The notes beneath the pieces are model-generated. The model had not been told where the DNA came from and made no database searches. It saw only the letters and a program-made list of their open reading frames with translations. Positions 35,168-48,099 of a stretch of 64,000 nt of DNA are shown one piece after another (within the stretch, counting starts at the first letter, position 1; the number at the start of each line of letters is the position of its first letter). The position numbers were made by a program, and so were the translations under genes. This DNA comes from Eremomyces bilateralis CBS 781.70 (taxonomy: Eukaryota), in the NCBI GenBank assembly GCA_010015585.1, contig ML975152.1. The stretch is one strand, 5' to 3'.

Positions 35168-36360
35168 TGTGGTGAGAAAGCAGACAAGTTCCCTGATAGG
35201 CGATGTTCGACTGTTCGTAAGTCCGAGTGAGTTTCTTGAGGCAGAATTATTAAATGACAATTCTCGCTTAAGATGTGATAGATATATACATACTTCACTT
35301 ACAACAATTTGTGATCAGTAATCTTCTGTTTGTTAACAACGATGTGGCGCCAAATACGAGATCCTGACAGAGTTTGTGGAACACTGTACTCCGTATAGAG
35401 GTATAGTACTCTAACAGTCGATTCCTACAATGATTCGACATCATAGAGGCCAATGCACCACTATGACTCCTCAAGGCCCAAGCACACATCAGACCCAATC
35501 GAAGCTCTCCTTCCCCTCTCTGATTGAGTAAATCCATGTTAAAAAGAAATAATAATGCATCATTTTACCCCATTTGAGCCATTTCCCGTCAATCCCACCC
35601 ATGTTACACCTCTCACGAAACATGATCTAATCTGACCGAGCACGTCGTACCAAACAGTGGTCCCATGGGCTCTCACGTTCGCCCACTTCAATGGAGTGAG
35701 GTCTGCAAATATCAGGGAGACTCTTGAGCCGCGTCTATCGCAATCATCGGTCCAGATCTGTACTAACCTGTGAATTCCCTGGAAATGTAAGATCGAGTCG
35801 TAGTTTTCTAGCTCCTTAATCTCAGGGTTTGATTGGGCCAAGTCGACGCTTGGACATATCACCATCAATGTCGAAGGGGTAATACGAGCAAGTCCTTAAC
35901 AGACAGTTTCGATTACCACGGCCAATTGTATAATTTTTCCAGAATCACTTTCTCTTCAGCATTAGCAGCAGAGGTCATCAGATGTGTGGACCTGACCATG
36001 CAGATATCAAGGCATCAGGGCATCAGGACGCCAAAGCACCGACGGAACTACAGAAGACTGGCACTGAGGTACTGAGGCACTGACTGGTGTGTACTGACTA
36101 GGCTAGACCACGAACCAACAAGTTACAAGACAACAACATACTATTTACGGAGTACATACGTGCTATGTAGTAACAAAGAGTCCCCCGTTTCATTCTTTCC
36201 TTTCCACTCCGACATTTGGAGTGCAGCTATGAGCTATCTAATCACCATACGGTACGGAGTAAATACCGTAGCTCTGCAACCGATCACCAATTTGGCAGAT
36301 TTCGTATTTCACACATCAAGCAGGGGACCCATCGAGTATCGACCTTCGCATGCACCAACC

Positions 36361-37107
36361 ATGGAGACTACGGACGTGAATCTCAACCCCCAACCCCACC
36401 TAAAGCCCTATGAGTAATACCGTGAAAGAAATGATAAACCAACTGGATTTTCGATGACGCGAGAGAGTATACAACAGAGCAGCGGAATCCGATGGCCCTT
36501 ATTTGGTGAACTATCGGATATCAAGGTCTGGGACGACCCTACCGATGTCAGATCGACTGTCAAACCATTCCAAACCTCGCTGGCAGCCTACATCCAATAT
36601 CAAAGTCCTCGATTCACTAACCTCCGATTTCGTCAGTCAATATGGCGGTAGATGTGTTGGGTTTGTACGAATTCGACTTTTGGTACCAGTGCAATCATGA
36701 TTCGGACGCCTCCCGAGGCCGAGCAAATCCATTGCCAATGTAGGAAGTGCCATCGGTATTACGAGCCGGAGCCGCTGGTTGTTGAAGCGAGCGATAAAGG
36801 ACGTGGTGTTACAGTTGGCGAATATATCCTGAAAGTCCATCCATATATCCAAAGTTTAAAAGACGATATCCTCACTGCGGAAGGTTATAACAAGGGTGTG
36901 GACGGGGGTGAGGGAAAATTTCCGGAAAATACGGTGTTATATCTCGACCCGGGATCATTACTCCCCCCCTTCATGATCTTTGAGGATGAAGGTCCTGAAT
37001 CGACCCAAAAAAGTTGGGAGGAGGCTGCTCGGGTCACTGCTAAGTGGATGGCAAAGTTAGAGGAGCTCGAAGCACAAGAGCCTAATCAAGGAACACAGGT
37101 GGAATGA
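36361..37107 (+). pseudogene. Probable frameshifted pseudogene of a fungal hypothetical family
   Basis: Protein-like blocks need two frame changes and one in-frame stop: IRWPLFGELSDIKVWDDP / HPISKSSIH*PPISSVNMAVD / PLVVEASDKGRGVTVGEYILKVHPYIQSLKDDIL. Confidence 0.45.
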
Positions 37108-37646
37108 TTATCCTTTGAGAGGATTCATAGATAGATGTAAGGCTGGGCAAAGCATCCCAGATAATCGGGTCTCTTCCAGTCAGGATTTAGCAGTGATGTG
37201 CGGAGGGCTTCGGACGGGATTCAATTCGGACGGAACGACTGGGCAAATTATAGACGATGTACCGTACCATCTCCACCGTAGTGATATTTCCGAGCGCTGA
37301 TATGAAACCCGCTCAATTGGACTGCCTGTGATGCCCCCCATGCCCTCCCAGGATGACTGAACGCAATTCAGATGCCCCTCGTCTCAGCCTCAAAAAAAAC
37401 ATTGAATGAAAACAAGCTAGTGCTCAGTACAATATTCGTACATCGATCTGATTTCCCGGTCTCAGCCCATACGCCCGCATATGGTGGAGAACAGTGGTCG
37501 TGCTGTAGAAGACTCGTCCATTTGGGGCGACCGGTATAATCTCAGGGTCGTGGGTGATCGTCCAACTTGCAGAAGTCATCAGAAATTAGGATCTTAAATC
37601 CTTTCATATCACGGATTCATGGCGTGGCGCATTTATGCTGAGAGCC

Positions 37647-39563
37647 TCAATCGGGATTTTTCTCAGGTGACACATCTTTCGTTCCTCCCCCAGAAGAGCC
37701 AGATAGCCGTCGAGGAGATCTTGAGGTAGTCCGAGGGCTTTCTGGAGGGGTTTTCGGAGGGCTTTCCGGAGGGCTTTCCGGAGGGCTTTCCGGACGGGTT
37801 TGCGGAGGGCTGGGAGACCTCCCATTCGGCACCCCACTACCAACCCACGTGTTCCCCGGGAGTTCGGCGATGGGGCTGGGAGGGACATAACCTCCAAATG
37901 TACCCCGTTGATGTTGCCGACTGAGCCGGCCCTCGGAGTTCGTCGGCGAACCCACCTCGGAGCTTGTGTCCGACGCCGTCTTGCGGTGATGCGGAGCGAA
38001 GTAGCCTTCCAGGTCGCTCTCCGGCGTGGCGGACAGCTCGGAGGCGCGTCGACGGTCCCTGAAGGGCCGCGCGGGTTCGGGGACGGGCGATCCGGGAAGT
38101 TCAGTGGATGCGACGCTCTGCGCGGTGAGGCGTCGATCGGTGGGGGGCTTCTCTTCAGGTTCGATGGACGAGCCGTCCAGTTCGGCCCGGCCTGTCTTCC
38201 TTCGCCGTCGCCAGATCAGGAACCATGTGAGCGCACATAGGGCGATCACCAACGCCGCGACGCCAACGCCGATGCCCGCCTGAGCTCCGGTGCTGAGCCC
38301 TCCCGGATTTTTCTCCGCACCAGGCGAATCAATGGTAACGATGTTGGGTGACGGAGCTGGGCCAAAATTTCGTGACTGGGCGACGGAAAAGTTGCCCCGT
38401 TCGTAGTCGACAATGATATATGCTTCCTGCATAAATGCCCTACCCAAGATGTATTTATCAGTTGCAACGCCTCTTCGAATAGGAAAGAAGCGCGTTTGGT
38501 TCCCGTTTGGAACCGTTGGCCAGGAGGCTTCGAGGTCGAGGGCAGCAAATGGTAACGAAATGCGAGTAATGCTGGTCGACTTGTAGTCATCTGCAAGATT
38601 GAACTGGATGGTGGTGTTGAGTTCACGATGTTTTGATCGATTCGCCTCATCAGTGAGATAGAGACCAGTGGTGTTATCGTATGTGAGGCCGAGAACTTCT
38701 TCAAAGCGGTCGCAGATGCTCTTCGGAAGGAACATATAAGGCAATGTTGAATCCAGAAGGACGGTGTGTCGTTCAATCTCGAAATTGTCTCGAGAAAGAT
38801 CAAGCGAATCACTCCCTGATTCATAGGTTGCTTTAATAGACTGCACAGAGAGTCGCATCTCCTTCGTGGTTTTGTCCAGGTCATATGAATATGGTGAGGG
38901 ATTGAATCTGGAGCTGTCGTATCCTCCAATAACCAAACTACCAAGGGATCTCGGGGATGCGTAGATTGCACCTGCGGTATAGCCATATGAGAGACTCGGC
39001 TTGAAAGTATCTGTACTGTTTTGGATCGTGGAGAGCATCGACCCAGCAGATACCCTTCCGAAGGAATTTTCAGCATAATATAATCCCAAGGAGCCCAGGA
39101 GAGTCTTGTTTGTAACGAAGGCAGCGATGACTTGGGAATCCAGCGTCACGCCATTGTCGGAGTCGCCGGATAGGGTGATTGAGTCGTTTGCAAACCTCGC
39201 GGCCATGTCAAAAGATGGTCCATATCGATCTTTCGTATCATCGTTGCCGACTTTCAGAGGATAGACACCTTGGTCCAACTCCGCTGACGGGTCGAGTTGA
39301 TATCCCGGGCTTCTCGTACCCAGGTTGGCACCGATCCCTCTTAACTCCGTACAGTTGCTTGGTACATCGCCATTGTTGCAAGAGCCGTCTCTTGGAATCC
39401 ATGTGCTTGGAGAGGCGGTCGAGACTAATACTCGAAACGGCTGGTAGTCTGATCCCACTGATATGGCGAACGTCGACCACTTCCCATCGCTACCTTCGAA
39501 TTCTCCTGTTGGTTGTAACGAAACGGTCCGTGGAATGACATCTGAACGACGTTTGAACCGCAT
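37647..39563 (-). CDS. Pepsin-like (A1) aspartic protease-fold membrane protein, probably non-catalytic
   Basis: DGKWSTF, GSLVIGGYD, LDSTLPY, ILGRAFMQEAYIIVDYE, then a TM helix and a Pro/Ser tail with 12-bp PESP repeats. The first catalytic site reads VSTAS. An upstream exon may be missing. Confidence 0.88.
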   Translation of the reverse strand: MRFKRRSDVIPRTVSLQPTGEFEGSDGKWSTFAISVGSDYQPFRVLVSTASPSTWIPRDGSCNNGDVPSNCTELRGIGANLGTRSPGYQLDPSAELDQGVYPLKVGNDDTKDRYGPSFDMAARFANDSITLSGDSDNGVTLDSQVIAAFVTNKTLLGSLGLYYAENSFGRVSAGSMLSTIQNSTDTFKPSLSYGYTAGAIYASPRSLGSLVIGGYDSSRFNPSPYSYDLDKTTKEMRLSVQSIKATYESGSDSLDLSRDNFEIERHTVLLDSTLPYMFLPKSICDRFEEVLGLTYDNTTGLYLTDEANRSKHRELNTTIQFNLADDYKSTSITRISLPFAALDLEASWPTVPNGNQTRFFPIRRGVATDKYILGRAFMQEAYIIVDYERGNFSVAQSRNFGPAPSPNIVTIDSPGAEKNPGGLSTGAQAGIGVGVAALVIALCALTWFLIWRRRRKTGRAELDGSSIEPEEKPPTDRRLTAQSVASTELPGSPVPEPARPFRDRRRASELSATPESDLEGYFAPHHRKTASDTSSEVGSPTNSEGRLSRQHQRGTFGGYVPPSPIAELPGNTWVGSGVPNGRSPSPPQTRPESPPESPPESPPKTPPESPRTTSRSPRRLSGSSGGGTKDVSPEKNPD

Positions 39564-41046
39564 ATCGACAGAACAATGACGAGGCTTGGGAAAGATTGCC
39601 GTAGCTCAAACTCAGCAATGCTTCTATAATAGAGCGGATGATCTGCGGCCGAGATCACACGAAAGCTCAGTTACGGTAGAACACAGGGAAAGACCACAGA
39701 AACATCAAAGCTAGACATATGGCGTTCGGAGTCCGTCAAGCACAGCACGACATAAGTAGCAGGGAGAGGTGGGACAGGAAGGTGCTGCATTGTAATTGCC
39801 GGGCGAGACCCTTCGCCCAATATCGAAGAAAAGCCGCACTTGGACGATGTGAGGGACTCGAAGGGGCCGAAGGATTGGTAGGGCTGGTGGATGGCATGCA
39901 AGGTGTCATCGAAAATCCTCCTAGTGGTCATTGTGCAGTAGTACAAGTAAGCCCCGAGTGAGGTGGTATCTTCAGCCATGATAGGATGGAAACCCCATGT
40001 CAATCGGGCGGCGGGGACACGCCAGCCACGTACAGACCAAAGGATCGCGATAGGTGAAGGATCCATACTCCATACTCTGTAGTACATGTATGCATGTGCA
40101 GTGTGGGTGCCTGGGTGGTTCCGGTGTGCCAGCACAACCTAGAATTCAGGGTTCAGTTTACGAGACGGCAGACTTCAGAGACAGTACGGTTTAGAAATCA
40201 TATCATTTCAGAGACGGGATGTGGAGGTTGAGAGGCCATTGGAAGGGTAGGAGTTGGGACGTTGTGATATGCCAGTTGATCCGCGGCGTGGATGTTTTCT
40301 CTCCACTAGCTCTACTGCACGTGCCGCTCCAGCCTCGTCGCTCCCCTCACCCCACCCCTCCATCACCACCTCACCTCCGCCATCACTAACTCAAGACTCA
40401 TACTTAACTAGTTATGCTGACGTGGTGACATGGTTCACCGGTCTGCTTCTGTGGAAGGTAATTCATCCATCTCAGGCTATCCGACTATGTCCTGCCCTGT
40501 TAGGTCATGCTATTTTCCCCGTCTTTCGGCGAGTACAGAAGCGGGAAATACTCCAGGGCGTGGCATAGGATCCCGGCCTTGCGAGCTGAAAAGAGCTCAC
40601 ACCTCTTCCTCCCTTGCGTCCTACTATTACCTATGCTGCATGCGAGTGAATGCATGCAGACAACAGCTTTGCATATCGATCCAGTAATGCAACGGAATCA
40701 TATGCGCCATGGCAACGTCGCTCCATATCTTCCTAACCGAATATTCGTACTAATAGATAACTTCCGTGGCGCCATCGCTCTGGAACGAAGGTGATAAACT
40801 CATGATAATGGATCATCCATGAGGCAACTCTCCATTCCTGCAGGCCTTCTTCAAGCCTTCTTCAAGCCTTCTTCAACGCTTCGTCCAGTTTGAAATCCCG
40901 TTCTACCCGGGAGCCTCGTTCATAAGTCCTGCTCTTTTTCCATTTAATATTCCTCGTTCGCTAAGTCAATCGCTTGGTCAAACGCTTCTTGTCTTGTAAC
41001 GATGTCCATACCCGTACATGCATAGTGTCTTAATGTTTAAATCAAA

Positions 41047-43591
41047 ATGAAGAGACCTTGGAATTATTTTATACCGGTATGGGTTGCGGTGGCACATTTC
41101 GCTGCCAATTCCGCCGGGGAAGGTTTGTCTTGACGCACCGAATGCCTTGCTTCATGCTGAACCCTATAGGATTCAATTCGAGTTCGTCCGAGCCTACTTC
41201 AGCAGAGCTCTTGAATGGCGAAAACCACCCGCCTTTTCCCCCGCCCTTTCACCCGCCCTTTCCCCCGCCTAAAGACTGCAAACACTGTCCTATCAAATCC
41301 ACTGAGACCTGTACTGTTACGGAGAAACTTCCCGGAAAGACTGTGACTACAACCTGTACTGTCACGGAGACACGTCCTGGAACGACCACTACATTGACCG
41401 ACCGGACAACGACAACACTGACTCTACCGGGTTCGAACGACACCGTCACCAGAAGTACGACGATTACTCTGCCGGGTTCGAACATTGCTATCACTCAGAC
41501 TGTCACTGAAACCAAGAGCACCACCGAGACCAAGAACATCACCCAGACCACCACCGAGACCGGGAAGACCACCATCACACTACCTGGAGAGAAAACCACT
41601 ACTACTATCACGACAACCTCCACTGTTCCCGGCTCCAATTCTACAAGCACCACCACGTCTTTCATTCCGACAACTAGTACGAGAAGCCTGTCATTCACCA
41701 CCACTGAAATCTCCACTGTTCCTGGCCGTAATTTCACAACGACGATCACGTCTTTTATTTCGACGACTAGCACGACTAGCTTGTCCGTTACCGTTACTGA
41801 AACATCAACTACCACTGCTGCCGGGTCCACTACTACTGCTGCCGGGTCTACGGCGACCGTCACGACCAGTTTATCCGTTACCGTCACAGATACGTCAACT
41901 ACCACTGCTGCCGGGTCCACGGCGACAGTGACCTCAACATCGTTGGTGCCAGGAGCTAGCTTGACAACCACAATCACAAATACCAATACGGAGACAATCA
42001 CCTTGACCGATAGTGCATCGGCCACTCGCACAATCACCTTGACCGATAGTGCATCAGCGACGCGCACAATCACCTTGACCGATAGTGCATCAGCGACGCG
42101 CACAATCACCTTGACCGATAGTGCATCAGCGACGCGCACAATCACCTTGACCGATAGTGCATCAGCGACGCGCACAATCACCTTGACCGATAGTGCATCG
42201 GCCACGCGCACGATCACCTTGACGAGTAGTGCACCGGCCACGACGACAAGCACGATCACCGTTACGACAACGCTAAGTGAGTCATCTAGTGCGGGTGTGT
42301 CTTCAACTCCTGTTGCACCTTCGTCCTCCCCTTTGCCTTCGGGCTCCAGCTCCAACAGCTCAGGAGGTATGATCCCCCGGGGACATGGAACCCTAGTTCA
42401 GTTGTCATTCCCTATCTTTTGTCACCGCATCGCTGGCTTACCCTTGTTTTTTTCTTTCTCATCTTCCCTTTTTGTACCCATCTCAAAATCCCGTTGGAGA
42501 CCTCTTCGGTGAATGTCTTTGGTGGCCTTGCTTCAACCCACAATTCCGGCTCACAAACTCGATTTTTCAAGTAATCCTAAGTGCGCACTCTGACGGTTTT
42601 AATACAGGCACCCCTACATCGACTCCTACCTTGGCTCCTACACTTACTCCTTCATCGTCGAGTGGGACATGTGCGAGCGATTGCCAAGTGGGCGTGACCG
42701 CCACCGTTCTCGTAAGTATGAGAAGACTCTAGCAGTGTATGTTCTAGGCTAACTTGGAAAGACATACCCCACCGCGGTTGTTCAAACCACGGCCACGGTC
42801 CCAACGGCAGCGATTGATGTAATTGTGACCGAGCTTGCCGATGGTTCTCGAGCCACGAGCACTTCGGTTCGCCAGATAGGAACACCCACTCCAGAGCCAG
42901 CGCTCACATGGGAGACACTTGGCTTCACATTGTGAGCAACTCTCTTCTCCTCAAATCTGACGGCAGCTGACTGTTTAGGACCTACCCGACAACCTATCTC
43001 TATTTCACAGAATTCTACCATACGTTCCTCGCCACCCAGGCCGGAGCAACCGATTGCGCCACAACGGTTGAGGCTCTTACACTGCCAGAAGCCGTTGAAA
43101 CGTCATCTCTCCTATTCCCCACGGAAGCGATTCCTACCGATGGAGCTCCAGCCCCCCCGGCGCTGGTCGACTACCTGAACTCTCTTCCCACCATCATTGA
43201 GCAGCTCGGCGGCAATCCGATCAGCTCTGGGTGTGATCCAGCCAATGGCTCTCCGATCACGGAAACAACCGGCCCATCGGTAAGATACACGAGGACAGTC
43301 GAAGAGGGAGCCACCGTGACGGGGATCACAACCACCATTCCGGCTGCTGAAGCTGCTCTCTCGGCGGCGAGCAGCGTTCAAGGAACCACCTTCACTCCGG
43401 CTCCGGCTCCCGCGCCGACCCAGACGCCTATTCATTCAGAGTCATCTCTGCGCCGCTCTGTCAATCCTTTTACGAGAACATCGACGGCTCGCCCTGCCTC
43501 GTTTACTGGGGCTGCGGTTGGTCCTATGACGGCAGCGCTGTTGGGCGCGGAGAGGCTTGTCGTCGGAATCGTTGCGTTGGGCGTTTTCTAA
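41047..43591 (+). CDS. Thr/Ser-rich GPI-anchored cell-wall protein, 5 exons
   Basis: Signal peptide MKRPWNYFIPVWVAVAHFAANSAG. Introns 41123-41169, 42367-42607, 42712-42761 and 42932-42978. C-terminal FTGAA plus hydrophobic tail. Confidence 0.8.
41994..42242 (+). repeat. 36-bp coding minisatellite (TITLTDSASATR), 6 copies plus one degenerate unit
   Basis: Near-identical units acaatcaccttgaccgatagtgcatc.gc.ac.cgc. Confidence 0.95.
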
Positions 43592-44253
43592 TCATGACTT
43601 TAATGGATGGAGTCTTTTTCCAGGCTTCTCTTCGGGAAGCATTCTCCAGACTTCACTTTCGGCGCAATTTCATAATCAAAACTGGTGCCTTGATGCCTTA
43701 GGCAACTGCGCAGGCGTGTGGGAACCCCGTGAACAGAGTCCGGTCAGTTTTGATATATTTGTGTTTCAGGTTGATTCCAGAGACCTGTGCTTCCCCATCA
43801 CGACGCGTTGGATATTTCGTACGGACTATCCGTACCGACGGAGGTATTATTAGCGTCCGCGTGAGTGGTACTATCGAAAATATTGTTACCAACTTGCGCC
43901 CTGTGCACTGTCCACGCGAAATTAGTAAATTACATCCATCACAACTCCCAAAGTTCGGGGTTGGATTGGTTCTAGACTCTAGAGGCAGTCCGGCCGTGCA
44001 AGCGATGAATCCTTCGATAGTCATACTTTGCAAATGAGTCGATGCTATTCATAACGCGTGAGGCGACCCTTCTTTCTTTCGTTCCCTTCGGTTCACTTTG
44101 CTTCATTCTACTTGACCCCCAAAGTTGTCCCTGCGTTGGAGTCTACCTGCGCCGACGTGTATCCGTACCTACGTTGAACTATATCCCCGGCCTTGCAGAT
44201 TCATATTGTCGTTCTCTCCTCAAGTTTTAGTTTGGTTATACTACTTTCAAACA

Positions 44254-45066
44254 ATGATGTTGTCGAGAAGCGTTATTATTTCCGTCCTCGCGGCTGTGGC
44301 TGTCGCAGCAGCTGTTGATGAATTTGCAACGCTGGTCGACCTCTTTCCGCCAGACATCTCGATAGGCGCCTCAATCGTCGGCTCAGACGATTCCGCAACA
44401 ACCTACGGTAATCAGCCTATCTAGCCAAGCCTGTTCTCTAGCTAACCGTAGCCAGTGGTTGCCTGCGCAACTTTCCCCGCCCCCAATAATGTTCAGGCGG
44501 ACAAATCTGCCTGCAGTGAATTCGGCACCGTCACGATGACACAGGGTCCCGAGACCTTTCACTATGCGACGGCGACGGTCATTACGGAACTCAATCCCCC
44601 TGCAACAGTTACTGCCGACCTCGACTGCTCCTTCGCTGGAACCGTTTCCGCTGTCTGTACGCAGGTGGTGGACGGTATTCCACCATTGCCCACGGAACTG
44701 TCGGAGTTGCAGGCCCAGTTGGCCGTGTTCCCCATGACGACGACTCTTACTGGCGACGAGATGCCTCCGCTCGTGCCGGTGACGATCACGGCTGGGGGGT
44801 CGGGTCAAGGCCAGGCGTCGGAGCATTCAATGTCGAGCGGGATGGACCATGCTACCATGTCGAGCGGGATGGATCATGCGACAATGTCAGGGGGGGGCGG
44901 CAGACCGGGCACCACGAATAATGGAACCTCTGGACCGGCGCAAACCGGTGGTCCTCCTTCACCAACCGGTGCTGGGACGACGCAATCTGGCTCCGCGAAT
45001 AAGGCATGGGGTTCGGGTGCGGGAGTCGGAGTGGCAGGTGTTTTGGCGGCAATCTTTGCATTGTAA
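44254..45066 (+). CDS. Small GPI-anchored secreted protein, 2 exons
   Basis: Signal peptide, GASIVGSDDSATTY, a 4-Cys domain, PVTITAG, a Ser/Gly/Thr stalk and a hydrophobic C-terminus. One intron from 44408 to about 44450-44454. Confidence 0.85.
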
Positions 45067-45607
45067 TGCAGAGGGACATATTTCAATCAACCTGGATAAT
45101 ATTAGCGAGCTAGCACTTACATGCGTTTCCGTAAATTTCGAACGATTGAGCCCTCTAACGTGACGAACATATTCGATGGGAAGTTAGAATGCCATATACC
45201 CTTCGCATAGGATAATGAATGAGGTAGAAATACTAAGGTTTTTGACTAATTACAACCACTTCACAATTCCAACCTCAATGGCTCCGATCACGCGACTCTA
45301 CAGCACGATCCTCCTCGCCATCGTCCTCAGCTCTCTGCCCAGGGGCCACCTATACTACTAAGTGCGAGGATTGCCGAATTGCAATCGCCCGGACCTTATG
45401 CGCATCCAGAGCTATAATTCCGCGATGCGCAAGTCAACATAAATATCACCCATCTATGATAGAGCAGCCAGCCCAAAGAGCACAATTGGGTTGCTAAAGT
45501 CCGAAGAAAACCAGGTTGGCGGCCCAGATAGAGCTGGATTAGTACATCAAAATATGCATCCAAGACCTAAATGCCCGAGAGGTAGAAATATTATGCGCAT
45601 TCGACAT

Positions 45608-47468
45608 CTAGACATCAAACACCCCCCCTTGGGCGACCCGGATCTCAACCAAATCCACCCTCCATCCCTCCCACCGCTTCAACCCTCTCTTAATCTCCTT
45701 AATCCGCTCTAGGCGTTTCTTCGCCTCCTCTTCCTGCGCCTGCCTAAACGCGTCCTCATCGAACTCAAAATCGCCATCGTCGCTCAGCAGTCCGAGACTC
45801 TGTTTCCGCGGTTGCTGCGACGCGCCGGCACTGGATAGTCGTCGCACCGACTGCCCGGTAAAGGCGGAAATGCCGGAGTTGATGACATCGGTGAAGGTGC
45901 TGCCGGCGCGGCTTCCGCCTCTCCCACGAGGCATCAAGGAACTTCGGCGCCCGGGTGGCATGCCGTCGGGGGACAGGTCGACATCGTCGAACACCGCGTG
46001 TTCCATGCCGGGTTGCAGCTCTTTCCGCCGGTCTCGCCACACCCCGCGACGCAGATCGAAGTTCTCCGCTTCCAGTTCGCGGATCTGCGTTTCCAGTTTG
46101 CGTCGCTCTTCATCCTCAAGTTCAGCTACGTCGTCCCCATCGTCGTGGCCTTCAAGCGCACCGGCCTTTTTGAGTCGAACGACTTGATCGGTCAACCGCG
46201 CCACTTGGGTTCGGAGGTCGCGTGCTTCCCGTTCGGTGGCTGCGGTCTCCCGCATGCGAGATTGGGTCCGCGCGTCGGCTTCTCGATGCAACGTTGTCAA
46301 CGTTTCCACTTTCTTCTCGAGCGTCTCGGCCCGTTTGCCTGCTTCTTCCGCCCGACGAGTCGAGGCATCTTTCTCCGTTTCAAGTTGGGCAATGCGAGTT
46401 TCAAGCGAACTCTTGGAAGTTCCTTCCTTCAGGGCCCGATCCGAGGCACGAGCGAGGTTTTGTTTAAGGTCAGCCAGTTCCAGGGAGGTGCTCGAAGCGT
46501 TGGATTCTGCTTTCTGGACCGAAGACTCGAGCGCAGTGATCTGCATGGCTTGGGACGTGATCGTATTTTGAGAGGAGGTCAGCTGGTTGTTGAGAGAAGA
46601 AATCTCCAGCTCGAGCGACTCAATTGTGGATGATTTGGAATCCAACTGTGCTTGTAAATCGGAGCTATCGGCATTGGACGGGCTGTTGCTACTGACGCGA
46701 CGCTTTGCGGCAGACTGCAACTGGGTGTTCTGACGTTGCAACGAGGCGACCTCAGCTTTCTACGCGGATCGTTAGCATCGCAATTGATGTACCGCAGAGC
46801 AAACCTGCATACCAGCTCTTCAATTTGTTTGGAAAACTGCTCCGCCTGATCTGCCTTGGACTTAATTTCCGCCCCATCTGCATGAGCCTCCCTCAACTCT
46901 TCGAGTTCATCCTGCACCTTCTTCACCTTGTCGCTGTTCTCTCGCGCCTCCGCCACCAATTTCTTGTTCTCTTGCTCGAGCTGCTCAATTCGCTGGACTT
47001 GCTTCCGATATATATCTTGGACATCATCTGCCGGACTTGTGACTTGGGTTGGAGACTTCAATGCCGTGGGAGATGTCGGCCCGTGCCCTCCCCGAAAGGC
47101 CTCGGATCGCATTTTGGACTGTATCGACTGAGAAGGCTGTCTACCATGAGAAGCTTTGGGTTTCTTTTCGGGAGAATCCGTGGTCGTCTCTTCGGCAACT
47201 TGTTCCTCATCTTTGATGGAATCCGCCGCAGGTGTTTCAGTGTCAGCCGATTCATTCGCAGTTGCGTCTTCAGCGGTTTTGGATGGTTCTGGTTTGCCGT
47301 CTTTCTTTGCTTCCGCTTTTTTGACCTTGCCTTCATTTTGTTTCTTGAGTTGGCCATACTGGACGAGAACGGATTAGTGAACGTACGTCAATGTGGATTC
47401 AGGGGGCTTACCCGCTTTTTGGCGGCGGCCAACCGCTCGGCTTTCGCCTTATCTTCAGCTTCCGGCAT
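45608..47468 (-). CDS. Conserved coiled-coil ('M protein repeat') protein, 3 exons
   Basis: MPEAEDKAKAERLAAAKKR|YGQLKK, DIYRKQ..IEQLE, ELEAENFDLRRGVW, LKRWEGWRVDLV..GGVFDV. Introns 47359-47411 and 46760-46812. Confidence 0.85.
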
Positions 47469-48099
47469 TTGGAAGGATATAAGGCCTCGTGCTCAAAAGA
47501 AAGAAGGTGACGTGGGGTAGATTGGCTGGTGAAGGGCGCAAAGGAGGTGGGTTCAAGGGATAGATTCCAGGAAACAATAACTTAAGGAGGCGGATGATCA
47601 GAGATATTTGGCCAATTAAGGAACAATGGCGTTACCTCAGGGTCTCTCCAATTGCAACTGATAAAGGATCGAACGGGTAGATATCAACGTGAGTTTAATA
47701 GCTTCGTGATGTATTCCGTACGTGGCTCATACTATGCAGCTCTTCTGTCACGATGTTGTCTCCATCATCGTGTCCACTACTCCACCAAACTCGAAATCAC
47801 GTGCACACGCGTAGTCGTGAAGGTGTGGCGTATGTGGCGTTCCAGATTCCAAGCGAATTTCAGTCACGTGCAGACGTGCAGTGGCATCTGATGATCCACA
47901 ACTCCACGCCGTCACGACTCCACGCCACGACTTCACAAGACACCTGACGCGCATCCCCAGTCGTCTCATCTCAATCACACGCGCCGTTCTCTTTCTTTTA
48001 AGTTTGGGAGATTTCCTCCTTTCTATTTTCAAGTTATCTTCAAATCTATTTGTATCGGATTCCTCTCCTTGGTTACTCCTCCCCAATTTCCGTCTAAAC

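Noticed and set aside
40844..40876. 11-bp tandem repeat GCCTTCTTCAA, 3 copies (a similar short repeat lies at ~56308-56340)
   Set aside because: Ordinary slippage-type minisatellites.
41495..42355. Val-rich 286-aa minus-strand ORF
   Set aside because: Antisense shadow of the Thr-rich repeat protein.
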